A stretch of 64,000 nucleotides of DNA from an uncultured Gemmatimonadaceae bacterium (GCA_963751275.1 CAVVTZ010000011.1:288001-352000), one strand, 5' to 3'. Shown: positions 1 to 10,214, counted from the first letter of the stretch. Notes: generated by a model not told the origin, from the sequence alone. Numbers and translations are program-made.

Positions 1-323
1 TCGGGGTCCGGGGGCGGGCGCTCCGCCGGCACCAATCCATGCCGCAGGGTGCCAACGTCAATTTCGCCTCACGGCGGCGTGTTGGCTGGCTGATGCGGAC
101 ATTCGAGCGCGGCGTGGAGGCCGAGACGCTGGCGTGTGGAACGGGCGCGATCGCGACGGCCGTCCTGCTGACCGCCTGGGGCGAGTCCACGCGCCCTGAG
201 ACCGAGCTGGAGACCCGTTCAGGGCGGAAGCTGACCGTGACCCTTGACCGGACCGGAGGCGCCTGGAAGCCGACACTGCGGGGCGAGGGGCGGCTGGTCT
301 TCCAAGGCATGCTAGGCGACTGA
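1..323 (+). CDS. dapF: Diaminopimelate epimerase, C-terminal part (truncated by window start)
   Basis: GANVNF...RTFERGVEAETLACGTGAIA matches the DapF C-terminal catalytic Cys motif. Confidence 0.92.
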   Translation, partial: GVRGRALRRHQSMPQGANVNFASRRRVGWLMRTFERGVEAETLACGTGAIATAVLLTAWGESTRPETELETRSGRKLTVTLDRTGGAWKPTLRGEGRLVFQGMLGD

Positions 324-443
324 CCGTTACGCGCGCCTCGTGCCGCGTGCCTTGTGGTAAACTCACAACTGTTGGTGGATTCGGAGCTTAAGGCCCGGGA
401 CAGGGCAGCAAGCTGTTGATATCCACAGTTCTCCACGTGCAGT

Positions 444-471
444 AGTTTACATAATACATCTTATACGCATA
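444..471 (-). other. dif: dif chromosome dimer resolution site (XerC/XerD)
   Basis: Minus strand reads TATGCGTATAA-GATGTA-TTATGTAAACT, an 11-6-11 layout close to E. coli dif GGTGCGCATAA-TGTATA-TTATGTTAAAT. It lies in an AT-rich intergenic region where gene orientation converges. Confidence 0.88.
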
Positions 472-488
472 ATACACTAACCCAACAC

Positions 489-520
489 AGGAGGGCGCCG
501 AACCTCAGGCGCCCCGTCCT
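489..520. terminator. GC-rich hairpin between convergent genes
   Basis: aggagggcgcc-gaacctca-ggcgccccgtcct forms an imperfect stem; no clear U-tract. Confidence 0.4.
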
Positions 521-540
521 ATCTGCGGAAGGCTCTAACG

Positions 541-660
541 ACCGGGAACCGATTGCCGGGAGCCGATATGGCATGACAACGCATAGCATCACGACATCCT
601 GCCAATTCGTAACACCATGCGTTGTCATGCTTCATCGGTTCCCGGCAATCGGTTCCCGGT
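541..660. repeat. Long inverted repeat, 44-bp arms with 32-bp spacer
   Basis: 541-584 matches the reverse complement of 617-660 at 40/44 positions. Each arm holds two copies of CCGGGARCCGAT. Confidence 0.9.
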
Positions 661-668
661 AGTTCAGC

Positions 669-1325
669 CTAGGAGACCGGCTTCGCCTCCAACTCCCCCA
701 ACCGCACCCGCGCCTCCGCCGCCCCCGGACCCGACGGATCCGCCGACAGCTGCACCCAGATCGCCTTCGCATCCGCCGGCTTCCCTGCCGCCATCAGCAC
801 CCGGGCAGCCGAGGATAGGTAGTAGGCCTTGTCGGACTCGTACTGGGCCTTGGAGGCCGCCTTCTGGTACTGGTCGGCCGCCTCGGTGAACTTCTTCATT
901 TGTTCGTACCCGTTGCCGGCCAGGTTCAGGGCGCCCGCCGTGAAATACTTGTCGCTGCCCGTCGTGAGCGGCTTGAGCGCGTCGATCCCCTTCTGGTACT
1001 CGCCCTTCTGATAATGTACTTGAGCAAGGAGCGTGATCGCGACCTTGCCCGAGGGCGTGTCCCCGTACCGCGTCACCAGGCGCTCGAGCGAGGACTGGGC
1101 GAGCGGCAGGTTGCCGGCATTGATCGACTGCTCCGCCTCGTCCAGCGCCACCGATGCGTTGCGCATCTGCGCGGCCTGCGACTTCTGATAGAACAGCACG
1201 CCGCCGGCCAGCACGGTGACCGCGACGATCGCCCACATCGTCTCCCTCGAATGCAGTTCGATCCATTCGAACACGTTCTCGGCCCGGTTGCCCGACTTCG
1301 TCTGAAAGCCCTTCGGTGCGGTCAT
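669..1325 (-). CDS. Membrane-anchored TPR protein (YfgM-like)
   Basis: Single N-terminal TM helix (WAIVAVTVLAGGVLFY) followed by TPR-like helices. Start moved to the ATG at 1325 because the longer ORF overlaps the tRNA. Confidence 0.75.
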   Translation of the reverse strand: MTAPKGFQTKSGNRAENVFEWIELHSRETMWAIVAVTVLAGGVLFYQKSQAAQMRNASVALDEAEQSINAGNLPLAQSSLERLVTRYGDTPSGKVAITLLAQVHYQKGEYQKGIDALKPLTTGSDKYFTAGALNLAGNGYEQMKKFTEAADQYQKAASKAQYESDKAYYLSSAARVLMAAGKPADAKAIWVQLSADPSGPGAAEARVRLGELEAKPVS

Positions 1326-1368
1326 CTCTGAGATCCCTGGAATGTTGATCGATCGAGCGGTCGGCGCA

Positions 1369-1442
1369 TGCCCCTGGGGTGACTCGAACACCCGGCCAAC
1401 GGTTTAGGAAACCGCTGCTCTATCCACCTGAGCTACAGGGGC
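1369..1442 (-). tRNA. tRNA-Arg(CCT)
   Basis: Cloverleaf GCCCCTG...CAGGGGC-A, anticodon loop TTCCTAA, T-loop TTCGAGT; CCA not encoded. Confidence 0.95.
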
Positions 1443-1492
1443 CAAAGCTCCGGGAGGGTAAGATAACCCGGCTCCGCTGGGCGCGCGACGTG

Positions 1493-2020
1493 TTAGTAGT
1501 GGAGCACCGCACTCCGTCGCGCTGGGGCCAACCTGGCTCCGCCGCCCAAGGCGTTGAGCTCGATGAGGAACGAGCACTCCACGACTTCGGCGCCGAGGCG
1601 TTGCACCAGCTCGCACGCCGCGCGCGCGGTGCCGCCCGTGGCCAGCACGTCATCCACGATGAGTACACGGTGCCCCGCGGAGAGCGCGTCACGATGCACC
1701 TCGAGCGCATCCACGCCGTACTCCAATCCATACTCAGCGCGTTCGACGGCCGAGGGCAGCTTTCCCGGCTTTCGCATCGGCACGAATCCCGCGCGCAGCC
1801 GCAGCGCGACCGGCGCGCCCAGGATGAATCCCCGGCTCTCGATGCCCACCACGTGCGAGATGCGCTCGCGCTCGAACGGCGCGGCCATCGCCTCGATCGC
1901 CTGCGCGAAGAGCGCGGGATCGATCAGCAGCCCGGTGATGTCCTTGAAGACGATTCCCGGCTTCGGGAAATCGGGAACATCGCGAATGGCGCCGCGGAGC
2001 GCCGCCAGGTCGAAGGTCAT
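1493..2020 (-). CDS. apt: Adenine phosphoribosyltransferase
   Basis: [28 protein letters not shown] and the PRPP motif [13 protein letters not shown]. Confidence 0.96.
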   Translation of the reverse strand: MTFDLAALRGAIRDVPDFPKPGIVFKDITGLLIDPALFAQAIEAMAAPFERERISHVVGIESRGFILGAPVALRLRAGFVPMRKPGKLPSAVERAEYGLEYGVDALEVHRDALSAGHRVLIVDDVLATGGTARAACELVQRLGAEVVECSFLIELNALGGGARLAPARRSAVLHY

Positions 2021-2289
2021 CGCCGCACGTCGAAGTGTTCGGGAAGGTCGTCCAGGCCGGCGGCCGGCAATTCACGCACCTCATCCACACGAGCGCCCGC
2101 CGGGCCGCGCTCCAATCGCGCGATCAACTCCCGGACCGCCGCATCGCTGCCCGAGGCGGCGACCTCGACGGTGCCGTCCTCGCGGTTGCGCACCCAGCCC
2201 GCGACCCCGAGTCGCCGGGCCTCCTTGCACGCGAACCAGCGGTAGCCGACTCCCTGCACCAACCCCCGCACCTCGATCCGCGCGATCAC
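2017..2289 (-). CDS. acyP: Acylphosphatase
   Basis: GLVQGVGYR and [13 protein letters not shown] signature motifs; GTG start inferred. Confidence 0.93.
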   Translation of the reverse strand: MIARIEVRGLVQGVGYRWFACKEARRLGVAGWVRNREDGTVEVAASGSDAAVRELIARLERGPAGARVDEVRELPAAGLDDLPEHFDVRR

Positions 2290-2308
2290 GTGCCGCGGCG
2301 GCGCGTCG

Positions 2309-3286
2309 CTAGCGGCGCGGCGCGCGCACCAACGCTTGGAGCGCCGCGGACAACGCGTTCTCGTCGGAATTCGCCGCAGCATCCGATGACATGCGCAGTT
2401 CGCCGCTGCGGATCCGGCGTGCGATGCGCTCGAGCGCCTCGGCCACCAGGCTGCCGGCGTCGGGCGGCGTCGCCGACGGCAGCGCCCACGGTTCCAGCTC
2501 CTTCAGCGCCTCGAGCTGGGCCGGCGTGCGAATGTCCACGGGCGCGGGCGTGCGGCTCGGCGGACGGGGCGTCACGGAACGCACGCTCTGCGGCGTCTGC
2601 ATGCGCGGCGGCGCCACCTCTTCCACGCGAAGCGCATCCAGGGTGCTCCGGCGGCGCGGAGGCGCATCGGCCACCGGGTCCACGGTGCTCGGCGTGATCG
2701 GGCGCGCACTCTCGGCGGGATCCGGACGCACCGTTGGCGTGAACGCTTCGGCCGCCCAGAAGCTCTCGATCTTCAGCTCGCTCGGAGTCATGCCGGGATT
2801 CTTGGACGGCTCCAGCGACAGTTCCGTCGACTCGAGTTCGATCCCGTCGAATCGCGGCATCTTCCCCGGCTCCGCGTTCGCCTGGAGTCCGGAATTCGCG
2901 TCGTCGTAGGAGATCAGTTGCAGTTCGGTATCGCCGATCGCGGGGCGTTCGCCGGTGATGCGCAGCGCGATCTCCGGCGTCTCGAGGTTCTCGACGTCGA
3001 ACGAGTGGGATTCGCGCTGGGCGGGCGGCGTCGGACGAACCGGCTCCACCGGCGGTGCGGCGGCGACGGGCATTTTGGCCAATGCGGGAGCCGGCGGAGC
3101 GGCGGGCGCGGGCGTCTCTTCCGTCAGCGCGGACGGCGGCACGAAGAGCGGCGTGCTCGGACGGCGCGCGGGTGCAGCGGGCTGCTTGGGTGACTCCCCC
3201 GCGCGCGGCGCGATGAACGGCGGCACGCTGCCGCTGGAACGGCGCGGCGGAGGGACCGGGGTGCTGTCGTCGGGGGGAACGGCCAT
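2309..3286 (-). CDS. Pro-rich, probably disordered hypothetical protein with a helical C-terminus
   Basis: Intact ORF in operon orientation; low-complexity P/A/S/T/E sequence; C-terminal AEALERIARRIRSGEL. Confidence 0.65.
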   Translation of the reverse strand: MAVPPDDSTPVPPPRRSSGSVPPFIAPRAGESPKQPAAPARRPSTPLFVPPSALTEETPAPAAPPAPALAKMPVAAAPPVEPVRPTPPAQRESHSFDVENLETPEIALRITGERPAIGDTELQLISYDDANSGLQANAEPGKMPRFDGIELESTELSLEPSKNPGMTPSELKIESFWAAEAFTPTVRPDPAESARPITPSTVDPVADAPPRRRSTLDALRVEEVAPPRMQTPQSVRSVTPRPPSRTPAPVDIRTPAQLEALKELEPWALPSATPPDAGSLVAEALERIARRIRSGELRMSSDAAANSDENALSAALQALVRAPRR

Positions 3287-3325
3287 CGACTCTCCGATCA
3301 AGGAGGAGCGGCGCGCAGCGGCGAC

Positions 3326-3976
3326 CTAATTGGCGGGCCAGCCATGGGCGCCCACAAGCGGGACGAACCGCACGGGCCCGATGTCACGACGCTCGAACAC
3401 CGCCCCGCGTCTCGTGACCACGGTGAGAATTTGCTCATCTTTCGTGCCCAGCGGAATGAGCATCCGTCCCCCTTCCGCGAGCTGTTCCGCGAGCGGCGCC
3501 GGGATCTGCGGCGAGCCGGCGGAGACGAGGATCGCGTCGTAGGGCGCGTAGTCGCGCCAGCCGAGCGTGCCGTCGCCCGAGAGGAGCGAAACGTTGTTCA
3601 CGCCGGCGGCCTTGAGAATGGTGCGCGCGGAATCGGCGAGCGCACCCACCCGCTCCATCGTGAAGACCTGCGCGGCCAAGTGCGCCAGCAGCACGGTCTG
3701 ATATCCGGAGCCCGTGCCGATCTCGAGCACGCGCTCCTTCCCCGTGAGCTTGAGCTGTTCGAGATAACGCGCGTGGATGGACGGCTGCGAGATCGTCTGT
3801 CCGTTGCCGATCGGGAGCGCGGTGTCCTCGTACGCGCGATGGCGCATGCCGGTGGGCACGAACAGGTGCCGCGGAGTGAGATCGAACGCGCGCAGCACGC
3901 TCAAGTCGCGGATGCCGCCGGCCTGGAGCGTCTCCACGAGGCGCCGCCTCGCCCCGCCGAATTGCTGCGTGCTCAT
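3326..3976 (-). CDS. pcm: Protein-L-isoaspartate O-methyltransferase
   Basis: [30 protein letters not shown] and VRFVPL motifs. Confidence 0.95.
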   Translation of the reverse strand: MSTQQFGGARRRLVETLQAGGIRDLSVLRAFDLTPRHLFVPTGMRHRAYEDTALPIGNGQTISQPSIHARYLEQLKLTGKERVLEIGTGSGYQTVLLAHLAAQVFTMERVGALADSARTILKAAGVNNVSLLSGDGTLGWRDYAPYDAILVSAGSPQIPAPLAEQLAEGGRMLIPLGTKDEQILTVVTRRGAVFERRDIGPVRFVPLVGAHGWPAN

Positions 3977-4735
3977 GGTTCGCGCCACCAGGTGGAGGGA
4001 TCGTCCAGCATCTTGATGTGCGTGAGATCGAGCGTGAGCGGCGTCACGGAGATGTAGCCGTCGCGCACCGCGCGAAAATCGGAATCCTCCGGCCCGCTCC
4101 AGCTCGCGCTGCCGCCGCCGATCCAATAGATGTCGCGTCCACGTGGATCCTTGAGCCGCATGAGCGAATCCGAATAGACACGCCGCCCGAGCCGGGTGAG
4201 CCGCACGCCGCGGATCTCGCCGGCGCGGAGCGGCGGCATGTTCACGTTGAGCAGCGTGTCGCGCGGGATCGATTTGAGCGACGTCGAGATGTTTGAGCAG
4301 CGAAGCGAGGACTTCGGTCTGGTCCGCGATCAGATCGGGATCGGCGAGCAGCTCCCCGCCCGCGAAGGAGATCGCGATGGACGGGATGCCGAGCATGACG
4401 CCCTCGGTGGCGGCGGCAACGGTGCCCGAGTACATCACGTCTTCGCCCATGTTGTGGCCGTGGTTCACGCCGCTGAGCACGAAGTCGGGGCGCGACGGCA
4501 TCAGCGCCTCCACCGCGAGCATCACGCAGTCGGTGGGCGTGCCATCCACCTGGAAGCGCCGCTCCCCGCGCGCCACGGCGCGCACGGGATGATGCAGGGT
4601 GAGCGAGTGACTCGTGGCGCTCTGCTCGCGGTCGGGGGCGACGATGGTCACTTCGCCGAGCGTCGAGGCCGCCTTCGCGAGGGTGTCGAGCCCGTGCGCG
4701 AGGATCCCGTCATCGTTCGTGCAGAGGAGGATCAC
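3973..4735 (-). CDS. surE: 5'/3'-nucleotidase SurE (one indel near 4280)
   Basis: [20 protein letters not shown] and YSGTV; the C-terminal GYISVTPL is in a second frame. Confidence 0.92.
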
Positions 4736-5413
4736 GGGTGGAAGGCTCCCGCGCGGTGGCGCCAGATCGCGCGCACGACGCGCGCCGAATCGCGGAGACC
4801 GCGGAAATGGCTCGGCGCGCCGTAGTGCGTGGCGACGGGCACGGCGGCGATGCGGAACCCGGCGCGCGCGGCCGCGATGAGCACCTCGGTCTCGTACTCG
4901 TACCGGTCGCCGAACGCATCCACGCTCTCGAGCAGCGCGCGCCGCATGGCGCGATAGCCCGACTGCGCGTCGGGCACCGGCATGCCGGCGATCGCGCCGA
5001 TCGCGGCGCTGGCGAGCGCGTTGGTCAGACGGCGGCCGGCCGGCATGGACGTGCCGCGCCGCTCGCGCGGAGCCGATGACGAGGTCGCGCCTCGCAGCGA
5101 GCGCCTCCAGCAGCGCGGGGATCGCGGCGGGATCGTGCTGGCCGTCGGCGTCGATCGTGATCACCGCGGCCGCGTCGCGCGCGAGCGCGGCCGCGATGCC
5201 GGCGCGGAGCGCGGCGCCCTTCCCGCGGTTCGCGTCGAAGGCGATGACCAGGTCGCACGCCTTCGTGAGCGCGGCGCGCGTGCCGTCGCGCGAACCGTCA
5301 TCGATGCCGATGAGGAAGAGGTGCGGCGCCGCGGCGCGCACGCCGCGCGCGACCGCGGCCACGGTGCGCTCCGCGTCCAGCGCGGGGATGACGCACGCCG
5401 CGGGCGCGATCAC
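4732..5413 (-). CDS. Family 2 glycosyltransferase (DPM1-like; indel near 5060)
   Basis: VIPA...DDGSRD, NRGKGAA and DADGQH; DAQSGYR in a second frame. Confidence 0.88.
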
Positions 5414-5772
5414 GCCTTGCCGCCCTCGCCGCCAAGGAGCTTGAGCACTTCCTGCAACTCTTCCTCGATCGATTCGATGGTCTGCTGGTCGAGCGCCACC
5501 CGCGCCACCGGGCGCAGCTCCCCCTTGCGGCGATGGTCGTCCACCTTCTGCCGCGCGCCGTCGATCGTGTACTTCTCGGTGTACAGCAGGTGCTTCACGA
5601 GCGTGATCAGTTCGATCTCGCGCCGCTGGTACACGCGGTTGCCCGAGCGGTTCTTGGCCGGGCTGAGGAAGCGGAACTGGCTCTCCCAGTACCGCAGCAC
5701 GTGGGGCTTGAGGTCGGTGAGGTCGCAGACCTCGCCGATGGAGAAGAATTCCTGGACGGGTTCAGCGGTCAT
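5410..5772 (-). CDS. MerR-family HTH transcriptional regulator
   Basis: [24 protein letters not shown]...GNRVY is a MerR HTH. Confidence 0.9.
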   Translation of the reverse strand: MTAEPVQEFFSIGEVCDLTDLKPHVLRYWESQFRFLSPAKNRSGNRVYQRREIELITLVKHLLYTEKYTIDGARQKVDDHRRKGELRPVARVALDQQTIESIEEELQEVLKLLGGEGGKA

Positions 5773-6771
5773 GTCGTCGCGCTCCGCGCGGAGTTCCCGG
5801 GTCATCAACGCCGCGATCGCATCCCGCGGCGCCTGCTGTTCGAACAGAATGCGATGGACGGCGGCGACGATCGGCATCTCGATCCCCTCGCGCGCCGCGA
5901 GGGCGTGCGCGCTCTGCGTGGTGATCACGCCCTCGGCCACCGTCTCGCGGCCGGACGAGCACCTCGGCGAGCGGCGTGCCCTTCCCGATCTCGAGGCCGA
6001 GCCGCCGGTTGCGGCTCAGCGCGCCGGTGCACGTGAGCACGAGGTCGCCCATCCCGGCGAGTCCCGCGAAGGTGAGCGGCGACGCGCCCAAGGCGACGCC
6101 GAGGCGCGCGATCTCCGCGAGGCCGCGCGTGATGAGCGCGGCCCGCGGATTGAATCCCAGACCGAGCCCCTCGACGATGCCGGTGGCGATCGCGATCACG
6201 TTCTTCAAGGCGCCGCCCAGCTCGACGCCGGTCACATCGTCGCTGGTGTAGACGCGGAACCGGTCGGAGCTGAGCGCGCGCTGGGCGCGGCGTGCCGCAT
6301 CGATGTCCGCGGACGCGGCGACGACGGCGGTCGGCTGGCCGGCGGCGACCTCGGCGGCGAAGCTCGGACCGGAGAGCGCGACCACGGCGCGTCCCTGCGA
6401 GCTCCTGCAGCGCAACCTCGGTCATGAGCGCGAGCGTGTCGCGCTCGATCCCCTTCGTCGCGACCACGACGGTCGCGTCGGCGCTCACCCCGGCGGCCGA
6501 TGTCTTCATCACGCCGCGCAGGACGTGCGACGGCGTGACGTACACGACGAGCTCCGCGCCGCGCGCCGCCGCCGCAGCGTCGTTCGTCGCGCGGAGCGCG
6601 GCGTGCAGCGGCACGCCGGGCAGGAAGCGGGCATTCTCGTGGCGCGCGTTCACGCTCTCCACCACGTCGGCCTCGTGCGCCCACAGCGCCGTCTCGTGGC
6701 CCGGCGCGCGCCAGCAGATCGGCGAGCGCGGTGCCCCAGGCCCCCGCCCCGATCACGGCGCAGCGCGTCAT
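5769..6771 (-). CDS. gpsA: NAD(P)H-dependent glycerol-3-phosphate dehydrogenase (several indels)
   Basis: [46 protein letters not shown] and AEGV spread over several frames. Confidence 0.93.
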
Positions 6772-7381
6772 CGCCGCGGCCCGCGCCGCGCAGCCGCGAC
6801 TCCGTGCCGGCGCGCAGGCGCTGGATGTTCGCGCGGTGCGTCCAGATCAGCACGACCGCCATGACCGCCGCGACGACACCCGCCGGTCCTGCGGCGCCGT
6901 ACCAGATCAGCCGATCGCCAGCGGGAAGTGACGCCGCCGCGCAGATCGATGCCAAGCGACACGTATGCGCGTCAGCGCGAACGACCGCGATCCACACGAC
7001 TGAGCGCGAGCACCATGGGCACCGGCACGAGGGCGAGGAACACGCCGGTGGCCGTCGCCACGCCCTTCCCCCTCCTTTCCCGACGCAGGAACACCGGCCG
7101 CACGTGGCCAAGGAACGCCGCCGCGCCGTAGATCATGGGCGCGCAACGGAACGGCGCGCGCGGAAGCGGGAAGAACAGCACCGGCACCGCGCCCTTCGCG
7201 ACATCGAACAGGAACACCGCGAGCGCCGCCTTGATACCGAGCACGCGGTAGACGTTCGTGGCGCCGAGGTTGCCCGAACCGAATGCGCGGAGATCGATGC
7301 CCGCGCAGCCACTTGCCGGCGAGATACGCGGCCGGGATCGAGCCGATCAGATACGCGACCGCAGACCCAGGCGAGCATCAT
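6768..7381 (-). CDS. plsY: Glycerol-3-phosphate 1-O-acyltransferase PlsY (indels)
   Basis: GSGNLGATNV, DVAKG, GGKGVAT and HRANIQRL fragments; sits between der and gpsA. Confidence 0.88.
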
Positions 7382-7386
7382 CCATC

Positions 7387-8703
7387 CTATGCGGCCACGG
7401 CTCCTGAGCACGATGCGCAGCGGCGTGCCCTTGAACCCCCACGCCTCGCGGAATCCGTTGTGCAGGTACCGCACGTAATGCTCGGCCACGAGATCGGGAT
7501 GGTTCCCGAAGACTGCGAACGTGGGCGGCGCCACGTTCACCTGCGTCGCGTAGATCAGCTTCACTTCACGCCCCGCGGCCTGCGGCGGCTGGAGCCGCGC
7601 GACCAGCTGCTCGAGCGCGTCGTTCACCTGCGACGTCGTGATCCGCTTGCTGCCGCTCGGCGTCCACCTCGCAGCACGAGATCGAGCAGCTTCGTCACGC
7701 GCTGGCCGGTCAGGGCCGACGCGAAGAGGAACGGCACGAACGCGAGGTACGGCGCCTTCTCCGCGGCCTCCTTCACGAACTTCGCGGACGTCTTGTCGCC
7801 CTTCTCTTCCTTGATGTCCCACTTGTTCACGACGACGATCAGCCCGCAGCCGTTCTCCCACGCCATCGTCGCGATCTTGAGGTCCTGGTTCTGCGAGGCC
7901 GGTGGTCGCATCGACCACGAGCACGCAGATGTCCGCGCGGTCGATCGCGCGACGGGTGCGGAGCGACGAGTAGAACTCGATGCCGTCCTCGACCTTCGAC
8001 TGGCGGCGCAGGCCCGCCGTGTCGACGAAGATGAATTCGCGGCCATGGAAATTGAGCGGCGTGTCGATCGCGTCGCGCGTGGTGCCGGCGACGTCGCTCA
8101 CGACGAGCCGCTCCTCGCCCAGCAGGCGGTTCACGATCGACGACTTGCCGACATTCGGCCGGCCGACGACGGCGACGCGCACCGACTCCGGCGCGATCGG
8201 CATGCCTTCGGGCAGCTTCTCCACGATCACGTCGAGCAGGTCGCCCGAGTTCTTGCCGTTCTGCGCGGACACCGGCACGCGGGTCGCCGGCGCCGAGATC
8301 GTAGAACTCGTAGAAGTCCGTCGTGCGCGGATCGTCGACCTTGTTCGCCACGAGGATCCACGGCTTGCGCGCGTCGCGCAGGATCTCGACGATCCGGTCG
8401 TCCTGCGGGTGCAGCCCCGTGTCGCGTCGACGACGAGCAGCAGCATGTCCGCCTCGGCGATCGCCTGCGCGACCTGCCGGCGGATCTCGAGGTCCATCGG
8501 AATGTGCGGATCGTCGGCGAGCCCGCCGGTGTCCACGAGCCAGAAGGCGCGGCCGTTCCAGTGCGCGCGGCCGAAGTGGCGGTCGCGGGTGGTGCCCGGC
8601 TCATCGCTCACGATGGCGGCGTCGGTCGCCGACGATGCGGTTGAAGAGCGTGCGACTTGCCGACGTTGGGCCGGCCGATGATGGCGACGACGGGGATGGA
8701 CAT
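7387..8703 (-). CDS. der: Ribosome biogenesis GTPase Der/EngA (indels)
   Basis: Two GRPNVGKS P-loops, DTGG/DTAG, NKWD and a C-terminal KH-like GFKGTPLRI. Confidence 0.94.
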
Positions 8704-8704
8704 G

Positions 8705-10034
8705 CTAACGGCGGACCTCGGCTGTCGACTGTCGACTGGCGGTGCCTACCGGCTCCGGAGCACGTCGATGAAATCGTACGAGGCGAAGACCGGGCAGCGG
8801 GAGCGCATCACGGACGGAGGCGAACGAGACGTCGTCCAGGAAGAGGCCGTCGTCGTTGATCGTCTCGGCGGGGATCAGGGCCATGTCGAAGATCGGCGCG
8901 GCGCCCGAGGGCGCGCCGGATGTCGGCACCGACGAGCAGGCCGGCGGTGGTCGTGGTGGGGCCGAAGAGCGAGTTCTCCATCGCGATCAGCTCGAAGCGC
9001 GCGCCGGTGGCCGCGGCGAGCTGCGCGAGCAGCGGCGGCATGATCGCGGCGCCCATCGCGGTGCCGGTGACGACACCGATGCGCCGGCCGTCGAGGCGCG
9101 GCAGCGCGCCGAGTCCGTCGGCGATGCGCTCGCGCAGCGCGCGTCACCGCCCCGACACCGTTCTCGATCTGCGGGAAAGTCGCCGTAGAACGACGGCGGC
9201 GGGCAGCGCGACGCCCGGCGAGCAGGTACAGCTCGTCGGAACCGTACACCCAGCGCTCGCCGCGCTGCGGCCGAGCGCGCGCGACGCCCAGCGGTCGACG
9301 TGATCGAGCAGCGCGCCGCAGGCCGCCGCGTCCATCGACTCGCCCGGTGTACAGGTGCGAGAACTGCGTGAGCCCGACCGGCACGAGCGCCACGGTGAGC
9401 ACCGCGTCGCCGAGCGCCCAGAGGTCGGAGAAGCGACTGCTCGAGCACCTCGCCGTCGTTGAGCCCGGGCACGATCACCATCTGGCGCGTGGAACTGGAT
9501 CCCGCCCTCCGCGAGCGTCGTCGAGCTGCTCGACGATGTTCGGGCACGCGCGGATTGTTCAGCAGCACTCTTCCGCGCGTCCCACGGCGTCGCGTGCACC
9601 GACACGTACAGCGGCGACAGGCGGTACTCGAGGATCCGCGCGACGTCGCGCTCCTTCACGTTCGAGAGCGTCGCGAAGTTCCCGTAGGCGAAGGAGAGGC
9701 GGTAGTCGTCGTCGCGGATGTACAGCGAGCGGCGCAGGCCCGTCGGGAAGTCCCTCGACGAAGCAGAACTCGCAGCGGTTGGCGCAGCGCCGGATCGTGG
9801 GCGGCTCGAGCTCGACGCCGAGCGGCTCGCTCGTCGGGGCGTTCGATGTCGAAGACGATCTCCTCCCCGCCCGGCAGCGCGGGCCTCGATCGTGAGCGCG
9901 TCGTCGGCGGTGAGGAACTCCCAGTCGAGGAAGTCGTCGAGCTCCCGCCCGTTCACCGAATGGAGCTCGGTGCCCGGGACGATGCCCAGTTCCTGGGCGA
10001 TGGAGTTAGGGAGAACGCGGCTGACGCGAACCAT
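8705..10034 (-). CDS. DUF512 family PDZ + radical-SAM-like Fe-S protein (many indels)
   Basis: N-terminal PDZ-like segment, CANRCEFC (CxxxCxxC), DDDYRLSF, LSPLYVSVH, VPVGLT and PQIENGVG. Confidence 0.85.
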
Positions 10035-10138
10035 GTGGGCTATCCGTGCGCGAAGGGGAAGATCGGAAAGCGCGATCTCCCCCTCTGGAATCGAGCGTTG
10101 ACTTGGCGCCGCGCAATAATGCTGCGGAGACATGAAGT

Positions 10139-10167
10139 ATTCTAAGAGGTAAATGCCCCGAAATCAA
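10139..10167 (-). promoter_or_regulatory. sigma70-type promoter for the DUF512-der-plsY-gpsA operon
   Basis: Minus strand TTGATT-N17-TAGAAT. Confidence 0.7.
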
Positions 10168-10214
10168 GACAGGATAGCAACTTCGACGTTGCCTGCTCGA
10201 ACTGGCGGCAGATG

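Noticed and set aside
324..480. Calling this region oriC
   Set aside because: No perfect DnaA box, no dnaA, dnaN or gidA nearby, genes converge rather than diverge, and the AT-rich tract is largely explained by dif. The box-like motifs are kept only as a finding.
3326..5413. Apparent 695-aa glycosyltransferase-SurE-Pcm fusion
   Set aside because: The true C-termini of the glycosyltransferase and SurE are in other frames with normal stop/start overlaps, so the fusion is produced by indels.
5410..5940. Apparent GpsA C-terminus-MerR fusion
   Set aside because: An ATGA stop/start overlap at 5769-5772 is one base out of frame, and gpsA has several other indels.
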